Of a stretch of DNA of 64,000 nucleotides, positions 50,083-62,507 are shown in pieces. Positions within the stretch are counted from its first letter, which is position 1. Each line of letters begins with the position of its first letter. The position numbers and the translations under genes are program-made. The DNA comes from Octopus bimaculoides (Eukaryota): positions 37,016,807 through 37,080,806 of the forward strand of contig NC_068983.1 of assembly GCF_001194135.2 (NCBI RefSeq). Reading direction: 5' to 3'. The notes under the pieces were generated by a model. It was not told the origin of the DNA. It worked only from the letters and a program-made list of their open reading frames with translations, and made no database searches.

Positions 50083-50830
50083 TCATCATCATCAGCGTTT
50101 AACGTTCATTTTCCATGCTAGCATGGGTTGGACGATTTGACTGAGGACTGGCGAACCAGATGGCTACACCAGGCTCCAATCTGATTTGGCAGAGTTTCTA
50201 CAGCTGGATGCCCTTCCTAATGCCAACCACTCCGAGAGTGTAATGGATGCTTTTATGTGCCACCGGCATGAAGGCCAGTCAGGAGGTACTGGCAACGGCC
50301 ACGCTCGAAATGGTGTATTTTACGTGCCACTTGCACAGGAGCCAATCCAGCGGTACTGGCAATGAACTTGCTCAAATGTCTTTTCACGTGCCACTGGCAC
50401 AAGTGCCAAGAGGGTGACGTTGGTAATGATCATGCTCAAATGGTGCTATTTATGTGCTCCCGGCACGGAAGCCAGACAGCTGGCGCTCTGGCAACGATCA
50501 CGCTTGGACAGTGCTTTTAGTGATCTACTGGTACAGGTGCCATCACGATTTCGCTTTCGCTTGCCCCAACAGGTCTTCGCAAGCTGAGTTTAGTGTTGAA
50601 TGAAGAGACGTTGGCATGTGTGCCAGTCTACAGATTTAGTTCGATTTCGATTTCACTTGCCTCAACAGGTCTTTGTAAGCGGAGTTTAGTGTCTAAAGAA
50701 GGAATGTTACGCGTAAGTGGGCTGGCTACATCCCAGACAGAGGCCTTGGATTTTGGTCTCACATGGCTTGCTGAGTCTTCACACACACAACATATTTCCA
50801 AAGGTCTCGGTCAGAAGTCATTGCCTCGGT
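50083..50830 (-). mobile_element. 5'-truncated RTE copy (ORF end plus full 3'UTR)
   Basis: Minus strand LGLTEAMTSDRDLWKYVVCVKTQQAM*, followed by the subrepeat-containing 3'UTR and (GAT)n tail. Confidence 0.85.
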
Positions 50831-51489
50831 GAGGCCTAATATATATATATTATATATAATCATCATCAATTCATTTAACATCCATTGGCATGAGTTGGAT
50901 GGTTTGACAGGAGCTGGCAAACTGGAGAGCTGCTCTGGCTCCAATTGTCTGTTTTGGCATGGTTTCTATGACATGATGCCCTTCCTAATGCCAACCACTT
51001 TACAAAGTGTACGGGTGCTTTCTACGTGGAACCAGCAAAAGCAAGAGAGTGACGCGAGTATTGACTGTTTTGAGCATCACCACTTTCTCAGCCTATGAGT
51101 TACTCTGTTGCTTCTGCCAAATATTAATATAAAAATAAATGTAAGCATATAGTAATCTGCTTTTATGGATCTGATTGTCTCAATGAAGACTGCTTCATTA
51201 AGGAGATCTAATACTATAGAAACATACTCACTAAATGTCTAGTTACTCTACAGGAAAAGATAAAAACAATCAAGGAAATATGTAACAATAGAAGCTTTAC
51301 TGCTGTGGGCCGCAAGTTTGATGCCAGTGAATCTACCATGTGTTTCAATTATGAAGTGCATGGAGTTGATTTCTTTATCATCATTTTTATTAAAAATAAA
51401 CAAAACAAACCCTGTGATAAACAAGGACAGATGTATTTAAAAAATCAGTGACCTCCATTAGTAAATGAAATAAAATAAATTAAAATCTA

Positions 51490-54400
51490 TTCATTATCGT
51501 TATTTAATGTTTGTCCATGCTGGCATGGGTCGGATGGTTTGACTAGGGCTGGCAAGCTAGAAGGCTGCACCAGTCTGATTTGGCATGGTTTCTATGGCTG
51601 GATGTTTTTCCTAACACCAACCACTACAAGAGTGTAAAGGGTGCTTTTACATGCCACTGGCATGGGTGCCATTTGCATGACACCAGTATCTGCCATGGCT
51701 GCAATTTTACTTGGCTTGATGGGTCTTCTTCTCAAGCACAGCATAATGCCAAAGGTCTCAGTCAGTCGTCATTGTCTCCTTGTGGCCCAACACTTGTTTT
51801 TCATGTGCAACCAGCATCAGCTACCTTGCTTCTNNNNNNNNNNCAGCATAATGCCAAAGGTCTCAGTCAGTCGTCATTGTCTCCTTGTGGCCCAACACTT
51901 GTTTTTCATGTGCAACCAGCATCAGCTACCTTGCTTCTGTGAAGCTCAATGCACAAAAGGTACTTTTTACATGCCACCAGCACAGGTACCAGTTACATGA
52001 CAAAAGCATGATTTCACTGGTCTTGATGGGTCTTTTCAAGCACAGCATATTACCAAAGATATCAGTCACTATTCATTGCCTCCTTGAGGCCTAAAGTTTG
52101 ATGATCATGTTTCACTACCTAGTCCTGTGTCTTCCTAGGTCTACCTCTACCACAGTTAAAGATCGGCACCTCTTTACACAGCTGTCCTCATCCATATGCA
52201 TCACATGACCATACCAGCACAGTCGTCTCTCTTGCACACCACATTTGATGCCTCTTATACCCAACATTTCTCTCAAGATGTACATGTACACTGACATTGC
52301 ACATCCAGCAAAGCATGCTAGCTTCATTTCTTTCAAGCCTACGCATCTCCTAAGCTGTCAGCCCATGTTTCACTGTTGTGCAGCATAACTGTTTGCATAC
52401 AGGCATCATACAATCTGCCTTTCATTCTGAAGGAGAGGCTCTTTGTTGCCAGCAGAGGTAGGAACTTTCTGAACTTTGCCCAGCCTAATCTTATTCTCAC
52501 AGCTATGTTTGCGGTGCATGTAAAAGCACCCTTTACACTCTTGTAGTAGTTGGCGTTAGGAAGAGCACCCAGCTGTAGAAACCATGCCAAATCAGACTGG
52601 TGCAGCCTTCCAGCTTGCCAGCCCTGGTCAAACCATCCAATCCATACCAGCATGGACAAACATTAAATAATGATAATGAATAGATTTTAACTCTGCTACT
52701 AACTTGGTCACCTAGATAATGGAAGCTATCTACTACCTCTTGCTTACCCCACTGGCAGTTGATGGAGTCTATTTGCTGTATATTTTCGGTGTTTATTGTA
52801 CCTGTGCAGCTTCCATACACAAAATCTATTTTCCCTGTTAACCTTCTTCTGATATTGCTGCACCTCTTATATGTCCATAGCTTACACCAGGCACATCTTA
52901 CGGAGTTTCTACTTACGCCATTTCTACAGATCGAGCAGAGATATCTACCTGAAGTGATTTGTGATTTGTCTGCTTTCCTACTTACTAAGACTTACCAGAA
53001 ATATAGCATCAGTGTTGCTTCTCTCTGGCACAAAACGAAACTATATCTCATCTAGACTAACTCTCTCCCTAATTAGTTGCACTATGACCCTCTCAATAAC
53101 TTTCATCACCCGATCCAACAATTTGATACTTCTGTAATTATTTCTATCAAAGGCATCACCTTTACCTTTGTAGCAGTTGACTATGGTGCTGCTACATCAG
53201 TCATTGAGTATGACTCCTTTGTGAACAACCAGATTTACAATACGTGTGACTAGTCCATAACCCACACCGCCAGATATTTTAAGCATCTCAGCAGTGGTTC
53301 CTGATGTGTCGGAGGCTTTCCCTGTCTTCATATCCTTAATTGCTTTATTTCCCAAGATACTGTCGATTTGGATAGCTGGTCCCTCAGTTGGATCAACATT
53401 CGGCAGACTCTCCTCCTCCCATTCATTCTCTATATTCAGCAGTCTTTCATAATGGCATTTCCAAGCCTCTTTCTTTGCAGAATCATTAAATGCAATTTCT
53501 CTCTTGTGGCATCACAGTTTTCTCTTACACCCTGTCTTGCAATCTGAAACACTTCAAGTCTTTGGTCCTCATGTCGCTGAACATAGACAAACTTCTTTTC
53601 TGCTTCTCCTTTGGCTAGATATACCTGTCTTTTAGTTTCTCTCCTGATTATCTGATACACTTCCTTGCTACCCCCACTTTCCAAGGCCTGTTTCTTCACT
53701 CTAATGGCCTTGTCTACAGCATCGTTCCACCACCATGCCACCCTAGGTCTGAATGGGACTTTGCACCAGCCACTGATTTGGTCTGTGGCACTCAGCAGGC
53801 AGTCCCACAGGAATTCCCAGTTGCCCTCTATGTTACAAATCTGTAGTTCTTCCTCCCTCTCATCAAATTTCTTAATTAAGATGTCCCTAAATCTCTGACC
53901 ACATGAAAGGTCCTTAAGCATTCAAATTCTTTTCAAGATTGGTCTGCTTCTTGGCATCCTTCTGGCCTGGAGTCTAAAGTCACTAATGACTAGTCTATGC
54001 TGGGGAGGGGGGTACATTCTTCGCCAGGGAAGATCTTATTTAAGAGCCACCAAGCATCCCACTGTCTGGTGAAAATATAATAGATCTGGTTGAGTGGTAG
54101 GTTATCAGGTGGCTGGCTGGCTTCCTGAAGTTGGTGTTGCAGATCAATAGGTTATTCGCATCACAGAACTCCAGGAGCCTTGTTCCCTCTTCATGTTGGG
54201 ACCCTATTTCATGGGATACATGTACACCATGGAAGATACTGGGCTGCTACCTGACATGCTCATTGAAATCCCAGCCATGAAGAGGAGATTAATGTCACTT
54301 GTCTTTGAGGTAGCCTACAGAAGAATATCATAAAAGTGGTCCTTTTGTTCATTTGGTAGGCCCACTTGTGAGACATAGTGTAACAACAATTATCTCTGCC

Positions 54401-54750
54401 TATTTTGCAAGACTAGCCTGAACTTAAGTACTCTATCACACACTGATTACCTCTATGACTTTATCCACCAATTTCTCTGCAAGAAGTATGCCCACACCAC
54501 CTATGCTGTCACTGTTACCTTCCCAGAAGATTTTATACCTATGTGTCTTGCCTGTAAGGAACCTGGCTGAAGTTCCTCTCCAACTTACCTCTTGAATGCA
54601 ACATACATCAACATGCCTCCTTTCAAGCATCTCAACCATCTCGGTAGACCTACCTTTCAATGTGCTTACATTGACAGTGCCAACTCTGAAAACTGGAAAA
54701 GGGACAATGGAAGGAACATGGAAAGGAGAGATGATATTCAACATCTGAAA
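51490..54750 (-). mobile_element. Decayed RTE-clade LINE (APE endonuclease, internally deleted RT, 3'UTR)
   Basis: APE: VGTVNVSTLKGR..DVCCIQEV.WRG..GGVGILL (54436-54750). RT N-part GKASDTSGTTAEML..NYRSIKLL. C-part ACMQTVMLHNSETW, RRLCWYGHVMHM. Tail at 51490-51560. A second tail copy is inserted at 52510-52680(+). Confidence 0.9.
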
Positions 54751-55644
54751 AGGTTTTAACGATTGTTTGACAACAGACATATCACATCAGCTGTTCTCAC
54801 TTTAACCTACCATCATTCAAACCTGTTAAAATTGTTGCCCCTATTGGGAGTGAAAGCATTGTCAATGTTGAAATTAAGTAAATAAGCTGCTATTGGTTAG
54901 TCCATTATATAGAGAAAAAGGGTAGGTGGTTTGTTAATTTACTAAGTAACACATCTCCTTTTGGTGCATGCAGTAGTGTGGATGATTGCTGGTGATGGTA
55001 GTGGGGAGGAGGGAGTTATGCACATCTTCTGGAACAGAAGCAAGGCAGAGCCTGGTAGGGGTTTCCAGTATAAGAGATTTCTGGTACAGGTGGTGGGAGC
55101 AGGAATGAGCAGGCACAACATGGATAAGTAAAGGCCAGCTTCATCTCAGGAAATAGTAGCCAAGATAGAAAGACACTAGAGAGAGAGAGAGCGAGAGAGG
55201 GAGAGCAAGAGAGAGAGAGAGGCAGACAGACAGAAACTCAAAAGACTTTATCACTGAAGAAATCATGGCAAGTATGAGAAGACATGAGTTATAGAACAAG
55301 GAGAGAATGTTTTCAAATTTTAGAGAGAGAGAGAGGGAGAGATTGCAGGGGAAATCATGGCAAAGTATGGAAACACATGGGTTATGAAAGAGGGAGAGAA
55401 TATTGAAAAAAATTTAAAGAATTAAAGAATTATGAGTTTTGCAAGTTATTTTAAATGAAATTACAGCATGTTAGTATTATGAGTTACATGAATGAATGAA
55501 TGAAGAGTGATTAAAACTAGAGAAATACTCTTGGCTTAGTTGGTCATTTCATGTGGAATAATAGTGTTAGCAGCAGAGCAAGCAATGTGAAATTTTTTTT
55601 TTTTATTGTTTGTAAAAATTAAATAAAGGATACAAATCCTTCCT

Positions 55645-55880
55645 GTGTCATATCGACTCATAGGGATGGTTTCCCAGATTCTTTGGCATATACACTCACT
55701 CAGCCCTGGATGGGATGGCAGTCCATCACAGGAAACTTACTTTTGCCAACTGAGTGGACTGGAGCAACATGAAATGAAGTGTTTTGCTCAAGAACACAAC
55801 ACATTTCCCAGTCCAGGCACTGAAACCACAATCTCATGATCGGGAGTCCAATACCTTAACCACTAAGCCGTGTGCCACAA
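55645..55880 (-). mobile_element. SINE family D
   Basis: Shares GGACTGGAGCA.CATGAAATGAAGTGTTTTGCTCAAGAACACAAC with 17108-17350. Confidence 0.75.
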
Positions 55881-56924
55881 CTTGTAAAACTTGGAAACAA
55901 AAATAAAGACAAAGAGGCAACAGAAGGTTTCAACTTAATTTTATGTTTATTTTGTAATTTACATAATGATATTTAACAAAACAACTGTGAAACAAAGGAG
56001 GAAAGTGGCTTGCAGAGATGCACATTACCATACTTTATATACAACTTTTCAACCACNNNNNNNNNNNNNNNNNNNNNNNNNNNNNNNNNNNNNNNNNNNN
56101 NNNNNNNNNNNNNNNNNNNNNNNNNNNNNNNNNNNNNNNNNNNNNNNNNNNNNNNNNNNNNNNNNNNNNNNNNNNNNNNNNNNNNNNNNNNNNNNNNNNN
56201 NNNNNNNNNNNNNNNNNNNNNNNNNNNNNNNNNNNNNNNNNNNNNNNNNNNNNNNNNNNNNNNNNNNNNNNNNNNNNNNNNNNNNNNNNNNNNNNNNNNN
56301 NNNNNNNNNNNNNNNNNNNNNNNNNNNNNNNNNNNNNNNNNNNNNNNNNNNNNNNNNNNNNNNNNNNNNNNNNNNNNNNNNNNNNNNNNNNNNNNNNNNN
56401 NNNNNNNNNNNNNNNNNNNNNNNNNNNNNNNNNNNNNNNNNNNNNNNNNNNNNNNNNNNNNNNNNNNNNNNNNNNNNNNNNNNNNNNNNNNNNNNNNNNN
56501 NNNNNNNNNNNNNNNNNNNNNNNNNNNNNNNNNNNNNNNNNNNNNNNNNNNNNNNNNNNNNNNNNNNNNNNNNNNNNNNNNNNNNNNNNNNNNNNNNNNN
56601 NNNNNNNNNNNNTGTGAAAGACGAAAGAGTGCAACATTTCTGGGTAAGGAATAGAAATACAATTCTTACTCTTTATGTTTCTGTTTTAGAGTTAAATAAA
56701 TAGAACAAAGAAATGCTATTTACATAAATACTTCAATAAACTCTTATATTCAGAGACGTTGAAATTTAAAGGAATTTATTTTACAAAAGTAAGTCTTTCA
56801 TTTTATAAAAAGATTTCATACCTCATCCAAGTTTATAAATTCATAACACATATTACAGATATGTGTATGTGTATCTGCATGTGTGGGTGTGTGTGTTTAT
56901 GGAGATAAATATATATATAAGTAA

Positions 56925-57078
56925 TTTTATTTTGGTAAAGTCAGTCTCCTTGCTACTCTGAGTTTCACCTATGGTGCACAATGTTTTCAGGCAAATTATG
57001 ACTTGCAACTTACCTGAAGACGGTGTACTCGAAGGCAAAACTTAGAATAGCAAGGAGACTGACTTGACCAAAATAAAA
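56925..57078. mobile_element. Palindromic (foldback) about 155-bp element, copy 1
   Basis: Arms TTATTTTGGTAAAGTCAGTCTCCTTGCTACTCTGAG / TTAGAATAGCAAGGAGACTGACTTGACCAAAATAA around an AAATTATGACTTGCAACTT loop. Confidence 0.75.
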
Positions 57079-57240
57079 AAAAATACTTGACTATGGTATC
57101 GAGTACTCTTTTTTCCCTGACATTTTGTGAGTGTGTGTGTGTATATATATATACACACACACATATACACCCCAAATGATCTATAAGATTTGAACTTTTC
57201 AAAATATATATGTTTATATACTTTACAGCTCTTACATCAT

Positions 57241-57275
<35 letters not shown>

Positions 57276-57312
57276 ATTTAGTGTAGACTATTGGAATACA
57301 ATAGTAGAGAAA

Positions 57313-57472
57313 TTTATTTTGGTTGTGTCAGTCTCTTACTACTCTCCTGCAGGTGCACAGGGTCTACAGGTAAGTTACAAGTCATAATTTGCCTGAAAAC
57401 ATTGTACACTCACAAGTGAAACTCAGAGTAGCAAGAAACTAGCTTGAGCAAAATAAAAATACACATGTACTC
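57313..57472. mobile_element. Palindromic element, copy 2 (inverted relative to copy 1)
   Basis: Loop reads AAGTTACAAGTCATAATTT (reverse complement of the copy 1 loop); arms are diverged. Confidence 0.75.
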
Positions 57473-58210
57473 ATCTACATATAAACACACACACACACAT
57501 ATACATATTTAGTATCACAAGTAAATCAATACCATTGTAAAATTATTTTCATGATGAATACATAACGTGTAACAAATAATGAGAAATGGTAACTGTATGA
57601 AAATGATAATCCTTTCATTCTTGATAAATATGTTATTCTATGAAGAAATGAAGAATACAAACAAGCAGCAAGAAAGGAGAGCTTTCATATATATATGTAT
57701 GTAGTGATAGAAGCAAGCAATTCCATGCTTCTTAGATGGAGAAGTGAACAATGATGTCAAACTGAAGAGAGCTGAATTATTAAATACACAACACAAATTG
57801 AGGTTTCCTGTCTCTATGACATTTCATAAGTCGATTCAAAAGTAGTCAACAAACATGAAATTATCAAAGATTTAATACTAACACCTAACACATCTATTAA
57901 TGTGATTGCCAAGATGTATAACCTAGCTTAGAAACCTAGTAACATAAAACTGGTAATCACAAGCAGGAAAGAAAGTAATAAGGATACATTATTTAAATAA
58001 CTCCTAATAGAAGTTTACAGATTCCAAAGTACAAGATTTTTCATGTGCTTACTTGAATATCTTACAAAATTCAACAGTTTATCAAACAGAAGTGCTTCAC
58101 TTCAAACAGATAAAATTTCTGAACGAATTAAAAGCTTTAAGAGTACATGTGTATTTTTATTTTGCTCAAGCTAGTTTCTTGCTACTCTGAGTTTCACTTG
58201 TGAGTGTACA
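57403..58210. repeat. Perfect 70-bp inverted repeat, arms 57403-57472 and 58141-58210
   Basis: Base-by-base exact reverse complement; 668-nt spacer. Confidence 0.95.
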
Positions 58211-59434
58211 TGCCCAACCAAAACATGGACAATAAATAATGAAAGTTTGATATAATTTCTATAAGTAAAGTAATTTTTACTTTTTTCAATGAAATACCAG
58301 CAAATGTGTGGAATGTTTAGACATTATGATCCAGCTGCCAATACGGTTCTTACAATAAGTTAATAACATATATAATAAAGTTTAATGGATTTATGATAAA
58401 TTCAAATTTACATATTTATAATAATTACAAAGATAAAGAATAGATGTAATTATTTTAAATAAATTAAAATCAATAAATAAGAGTCTGTATAGATATAGTT
58501 AGTGAAATCACAATAGAGACTTTAAGAAATTTAGGAGTTTCTCAAGTTCTACAAGATGAAAACTAAACATAGCTGAGTAAAGAGTTATCCCTATTAAAAA
58601 GTTAACTCAGATTAACTCTTAAAAATTAAAACATTTAGGACTATTGTTGGATTAATGCCCATTTTTCCCTGCTGGTTGGTTCTGTAATAGACACATAACT
58701 GAAACCTCGTTAAACATTCTCAACAGAACAAGCTTAAGTCTCACACAAACACATGTAGTGTACATTTTGTCCAAATAAAAAGTAGACAGTTGCAAATTAC
58801 TTGTATTCATTATCAGACAATTATAGTAAGCAATAAAATATTTCAGATAATGAATCACACAGCTGAAAATTAAATATTAAACATATATTTATATTTTCTT
58901 TTTGAGTCAGTATGTTTCTTTTTTTTAGCTTACTGATGGAAACAATAACAAAAAAGAAATAATAATAACAAAGACAAATGGAATAAAACTAAAGAGAAAC
59001 AATGTCATTTCATTTTGTTGTCAGTTCAACTATAACAGAATCATTGTTGTTGTTATAAAATATTTTCAAATGTTCAATAAATAACAACTACGACAGATAT
59101 ATTTTTTTTTCTTTTTGTGATAATAATGATTTTAAAATATTTCTTTTTTTTTTAGCGTGTCTAATTAATAGCATAAACCAAACATATTTACACCAGTAAA
59201 TGCTATTGATATATATGGAACGCAAACCACTGTTTACAAAAAATAAAATCAATAATACAACATGATTGAATTCAAGAAAGATGGAAGAGAACAACTGCAT
59301 CATCAGCCTCAATTTCTTCTTTTGGAAAGGCCAGACTGGTGAAATTGTTTACAAATAATGAGCACTTTGACCATGGATTTCATGTGCTTGTATAATTTTC
59401 AATGGAGACTGGTCATAACTGAATTAGGAAAATC

Positions 59435-60841
59435 TTATATAAAATCATCTTCCTCTGTCACTGTCGAAAGGAAAAGTTTATCAAAAACGTCTACATTTTG
59501 GCAATTATTTGCTGCCTTTTGTTCTAGCTGAGAAACAAATTTATCATCTGCTGATGGCATTTCTGAAGAGTTCACTATCATGGGTATAGGGTATGATGAT
59601 GACACTCGTGAATTTACAATATTGGATGGTGAAAGAAATGAATAAGATGAAGACGACGACGGCGAAGAAGCTAGTGGCATGAGAACATCTGTAGTCTCAT
59701 CACTTTGAGATTCAGAGTTATTGTCTTTGTTAGTGGTTATATTCTCAGTGGAAGAACTATTAGCATTCAAGTCATTTTGGTCCTCTGGGGACATTGTTAC
59801 ATCATCAGTCTTAGTTGGCTCAGGAGATAAAGTAACAGGTGATAATGATTCTGAGGGGGAACACACCATTTCTTGATTCTCTGTTAAACAATTTGTAGTT
59901 GAAGTAGTAGAGGTGATGCCAGCTGAGGTGGTTGCAGTTGAGGTAATGACAGTAGAGGTGGTGGTAGCAGAGGTGGTGGAAGTTGAGGCGGTAGAAGAAG
60001 TGATGGCAGTAGTAGAGGTGGGAGTAGAAGGAACAGTGTCCATTAATTTCTCACTCTCACTATAATCATACGTAGCAGCAGTAGTTTCAGCATCAAGTGA
60101 GTTAGAGTCTTCAATTTCTCCCAACAATGTTTGCAATTGTTCATGTACCATGCTTGATTGTGTCAGATTTACCATTCTTCGGTTATCTGACTCTAGAATG
60201 CTGTCCAGCTCTTTCGACGTAATATGGTAGCCCATCTTAATATTTTCATTGAAATCTGCCTTCATGAGCCAATGTGGCTGTTTTGAGGGCCGATTATCAG
60301 ACTCCCTCTTTGGTACCCGGAGTGATAATGGAACAAATAATTCAGAGAAACTATTATAATCAACTTTCTCCATCAAAGTAGGCTTACTTTCTTCTCCGCT
60401 ACCATTGTCAGATTCCTTAGAACCCGAATCTGATTCTTTTGATGCACCATCAGACTCTTTCAAAGAACTGCCAGCCTCCTCATTGCTTCGTTGGTCACTT
60501 GTAGTGAGATAACTTGAATTTTTTGAAGAACTTTCAGAATTATCATCATCATTATCACTGGATTCAGTTTTTTCAGAGTTCTGCTGTTCTTTATCTTTAC
60601 CACTCTCTGCAAAGATTTTCTTGCTTTTCTCCTCACTCTTTTCATTTGGTATGTTCTCATCTTTTACTTCTCTCGCTTGAAAGACAATTATTTCAGTTTC
60701 CTCTTCTGCACTAGCTGAGTTTGAAGATTGAGGAGAACCAGCAGCTGCTGACTCATCACATTCCTGATCTTTTTCTGACTTGTTGTCTTCATTTAATTGG
60801 GTGGAATTTTCAAAGAACACTAAAAAGTCTTCCTCTTCATT
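59435..60841 (-). CDS. Uncharacterised gene, terminal coding exon (acidic, Ser/Thr-rich, disordered; 468 aa)
   Basis: Acceptor TTTTTTTTTCAG|AAT GAA GAG in frame with the 1386-nt ORF; ends VTEEDDFI*. Confidence 0.85.
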   Translation of the reverse strand, partial: NEEEDFLVFFENSTQLNEDNKSEKDQECDESAAAGSPQSSNSASAEEETEIIVFQAREVKDENIPNEKSEEKSKKIFAESGKDKEQQNSEKTESSDNDDDNSESSSKNSSYLTTSDQRSNEEAGSSLKESDGASKESDSGSKESDNGSGEESKPTLMEKVDYNSFSELFVPLSLRVPKRESDNRPSKQPHWLMKADFNENIKMGYHITSKELDSILESDNRRMVNLTQSSMVHEQLQTLLGEIEDSNSLDAETTAATYDYSESEKLMDTVPSTPTSTTAITSSTASTSTTSATTTSTVITSTATTSAGITSTTSTTNCLTENQEMVCSPSESLSPVTLSPEPTKTDDVTMSPEDQNDLNANSSSTENITTNKDNNSESQSDETTDVLMPLASSPSSSSSYSFLSPSNIVNSRVSSSYPIPMIVNSSEMPSADDKFVSQLEQKAANNCQNVDVFDKLFLSTVTEEDDFI

Positions 60842-61206
60842 CTGAAAAAAAAAAATTTTTTTTTAGAAAATAATAATAATAATAATCAAAAGCAGGAAAC
60901 AAGGAAACATTTTATTAGAATAAAGAAGTGAAAAGAAGTATATATAATATATATATATAGATATATGTTCAACACGTTCTAGTAAAATCTCAAAACAACT
61001 CCATGAGACCCGAGAAGTAACTAATGAATTGTTTTTGTCTTTTTTTTTTTAGTTAAAGAACACAAAATATTTGTCATTAACTCAATAATGTAATTAAAGC
61101 TTCAATAGAAAGTTCTGTGCTAATTTCCAATAATATGTGGAATAAGTGAGATCGTTAAAATTGCAATTATTAATTAAATACAGTGGGAATAATAAAAGAA
61201 ACTTAC

Positions 61207-61443
61207 AATAACTGGTATTTTACTACTGATAGTGACTTTGAGATCTTTCAGTTGTTCTTGAACAACTTCTGATTGGCGCAAAGAGTTCAAGCGTTCATTG
61301 TCTTCTTTTAAAAGATGTTTCAAAGATTTATGTGGTACAACGTACTTCATTCGAATATTTGTAGACCAGTTAGTATTCTGCAGCCAAAATGGGTCACGAG
61401 GTAAACGTTTATTTTTCCTTACACTTCCAGGATCACTAAAAAT
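61207..61443 (-). CDS. Uncharacterised gene, internal exon: IFSDPGSVRKNKRLPRDPFWLQNTNW...KIPVI
   Basis: TTTTTCCAG|ATT ... ATT|GTAAGT; 237 nt, phase 0/0, open. Confidence 0.85.
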
Positions 61444-61678
61444 CTGGAAAAAAACCCAAGAAAAAAACAAGTCAATATTTATCTTAACACTTAACAACAG
61501 AAAAAAAGAAATTTTGAAAATTTTGCTATGTTACTTTGTCATGTCAGAAAGTTAAGATGTTTGGCAATCACAAGCTGTCTGTATTTGAAAATTATCTAGA
61601 TATCCTAAAATAATTTTTAGAAATAAATAGAATATCTTTTATTTAATGCAGGAAATATTACAAAAATAGTCAACGTAC

Positions 61679-61819
61679 ATCTGGGCAAGGCGAACTAGTG
61701 TTGCAGCTGCCAGTTTCAAGGAGGTACATGAGGGATGAACTAGTTTCCTCTTGAGATGTTGTACTACAGGAGCTTTCAGAAATTTTGAGGTTATGTTTAC
61801 TTAGAGCTCCTTGTAAATT
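61679..61819 (-). CDS. Uncharacterised gene, internal exon: NLQGALSKHNLKISESSCSTTSQEETSSSLMYLLETGSCNTSSPCPD
   Basis: TTTTTCTTACTAG|AAT ... GAT|GTACGT; 141 nt, phase 0/0; only this frame is open from the acceptor. Not in the ORF track. Confidence 0.7.
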
Positions 61820-62507
61820 CTAGTAAGAAAAATAAAAATAAAAGGTTCAATACAGGTTGTTGCTATTTTTCACAATTAATTCAAAAATACAGGTGAAAAC
61901 TTTGCAACGACTTTTTCAACAATAGTACAATATCTATTGTTGTAAGTAAAATTGTTGAATAATTTATTCAACTTTAACTGATACAGACTGTTCAATACAC
62001 AACTCTAACTCTTGAGCATACTCCCCAACACAACCTAATTTTCAGTAAGAGATTAGACTAGATTACTTAATACCTTAATTCCCTGATGAACCTCTAACAA
62101 TTCCCAATTGTTACAAAAATGGAATTCTTCTAAGTAGAACACAATCATAGAAATTTACTTAACTCAATTTATCCATTAATTTTTTAATTTAATATTTGTT
62201 TTCCCATGCTAGCTTGCCTAAAATGAGAGTAAGTTTTGAAGCAGGATTTTTATGGTCAGAAGCACTTATCACTAACCCATGCCTATTTTCAAGTAAGAGA
62301 TTTTTATTCCAATGCAATTCGAAAGTGCAGAGCTAGCAGACAATTTTGTAGACGAGAAATGTCAGTGAACTTCACTGTTTACAGCTCAACCAGAAATAAT
62401 GAGATCATTGTAACTGAGCTACAAATCAAATATTCAAATAGAAGGAAATGATTTAACATTAACTAATAATATAAAATCAATTAAGAAAAAGAAAAGGAAA
62501 TATTTAC

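Noticed and set aside
51739-51938. Exact 95-bp tandem duplication around a 10-N gap
   Set aside because: Same unmerged-overlap artefact.
60460-60714. Overlapping 66-aa ORFs on both strands within the large exon
   Set aside because: Off-frame and antisense by-products of low-complexity coding sequence.
62220-62420. Exon-like composition after TTTGATTTGTAG| at about 62419(-)
   Set aside because: Stops in all three frames; not compatible with the flanking phase-0 exons.
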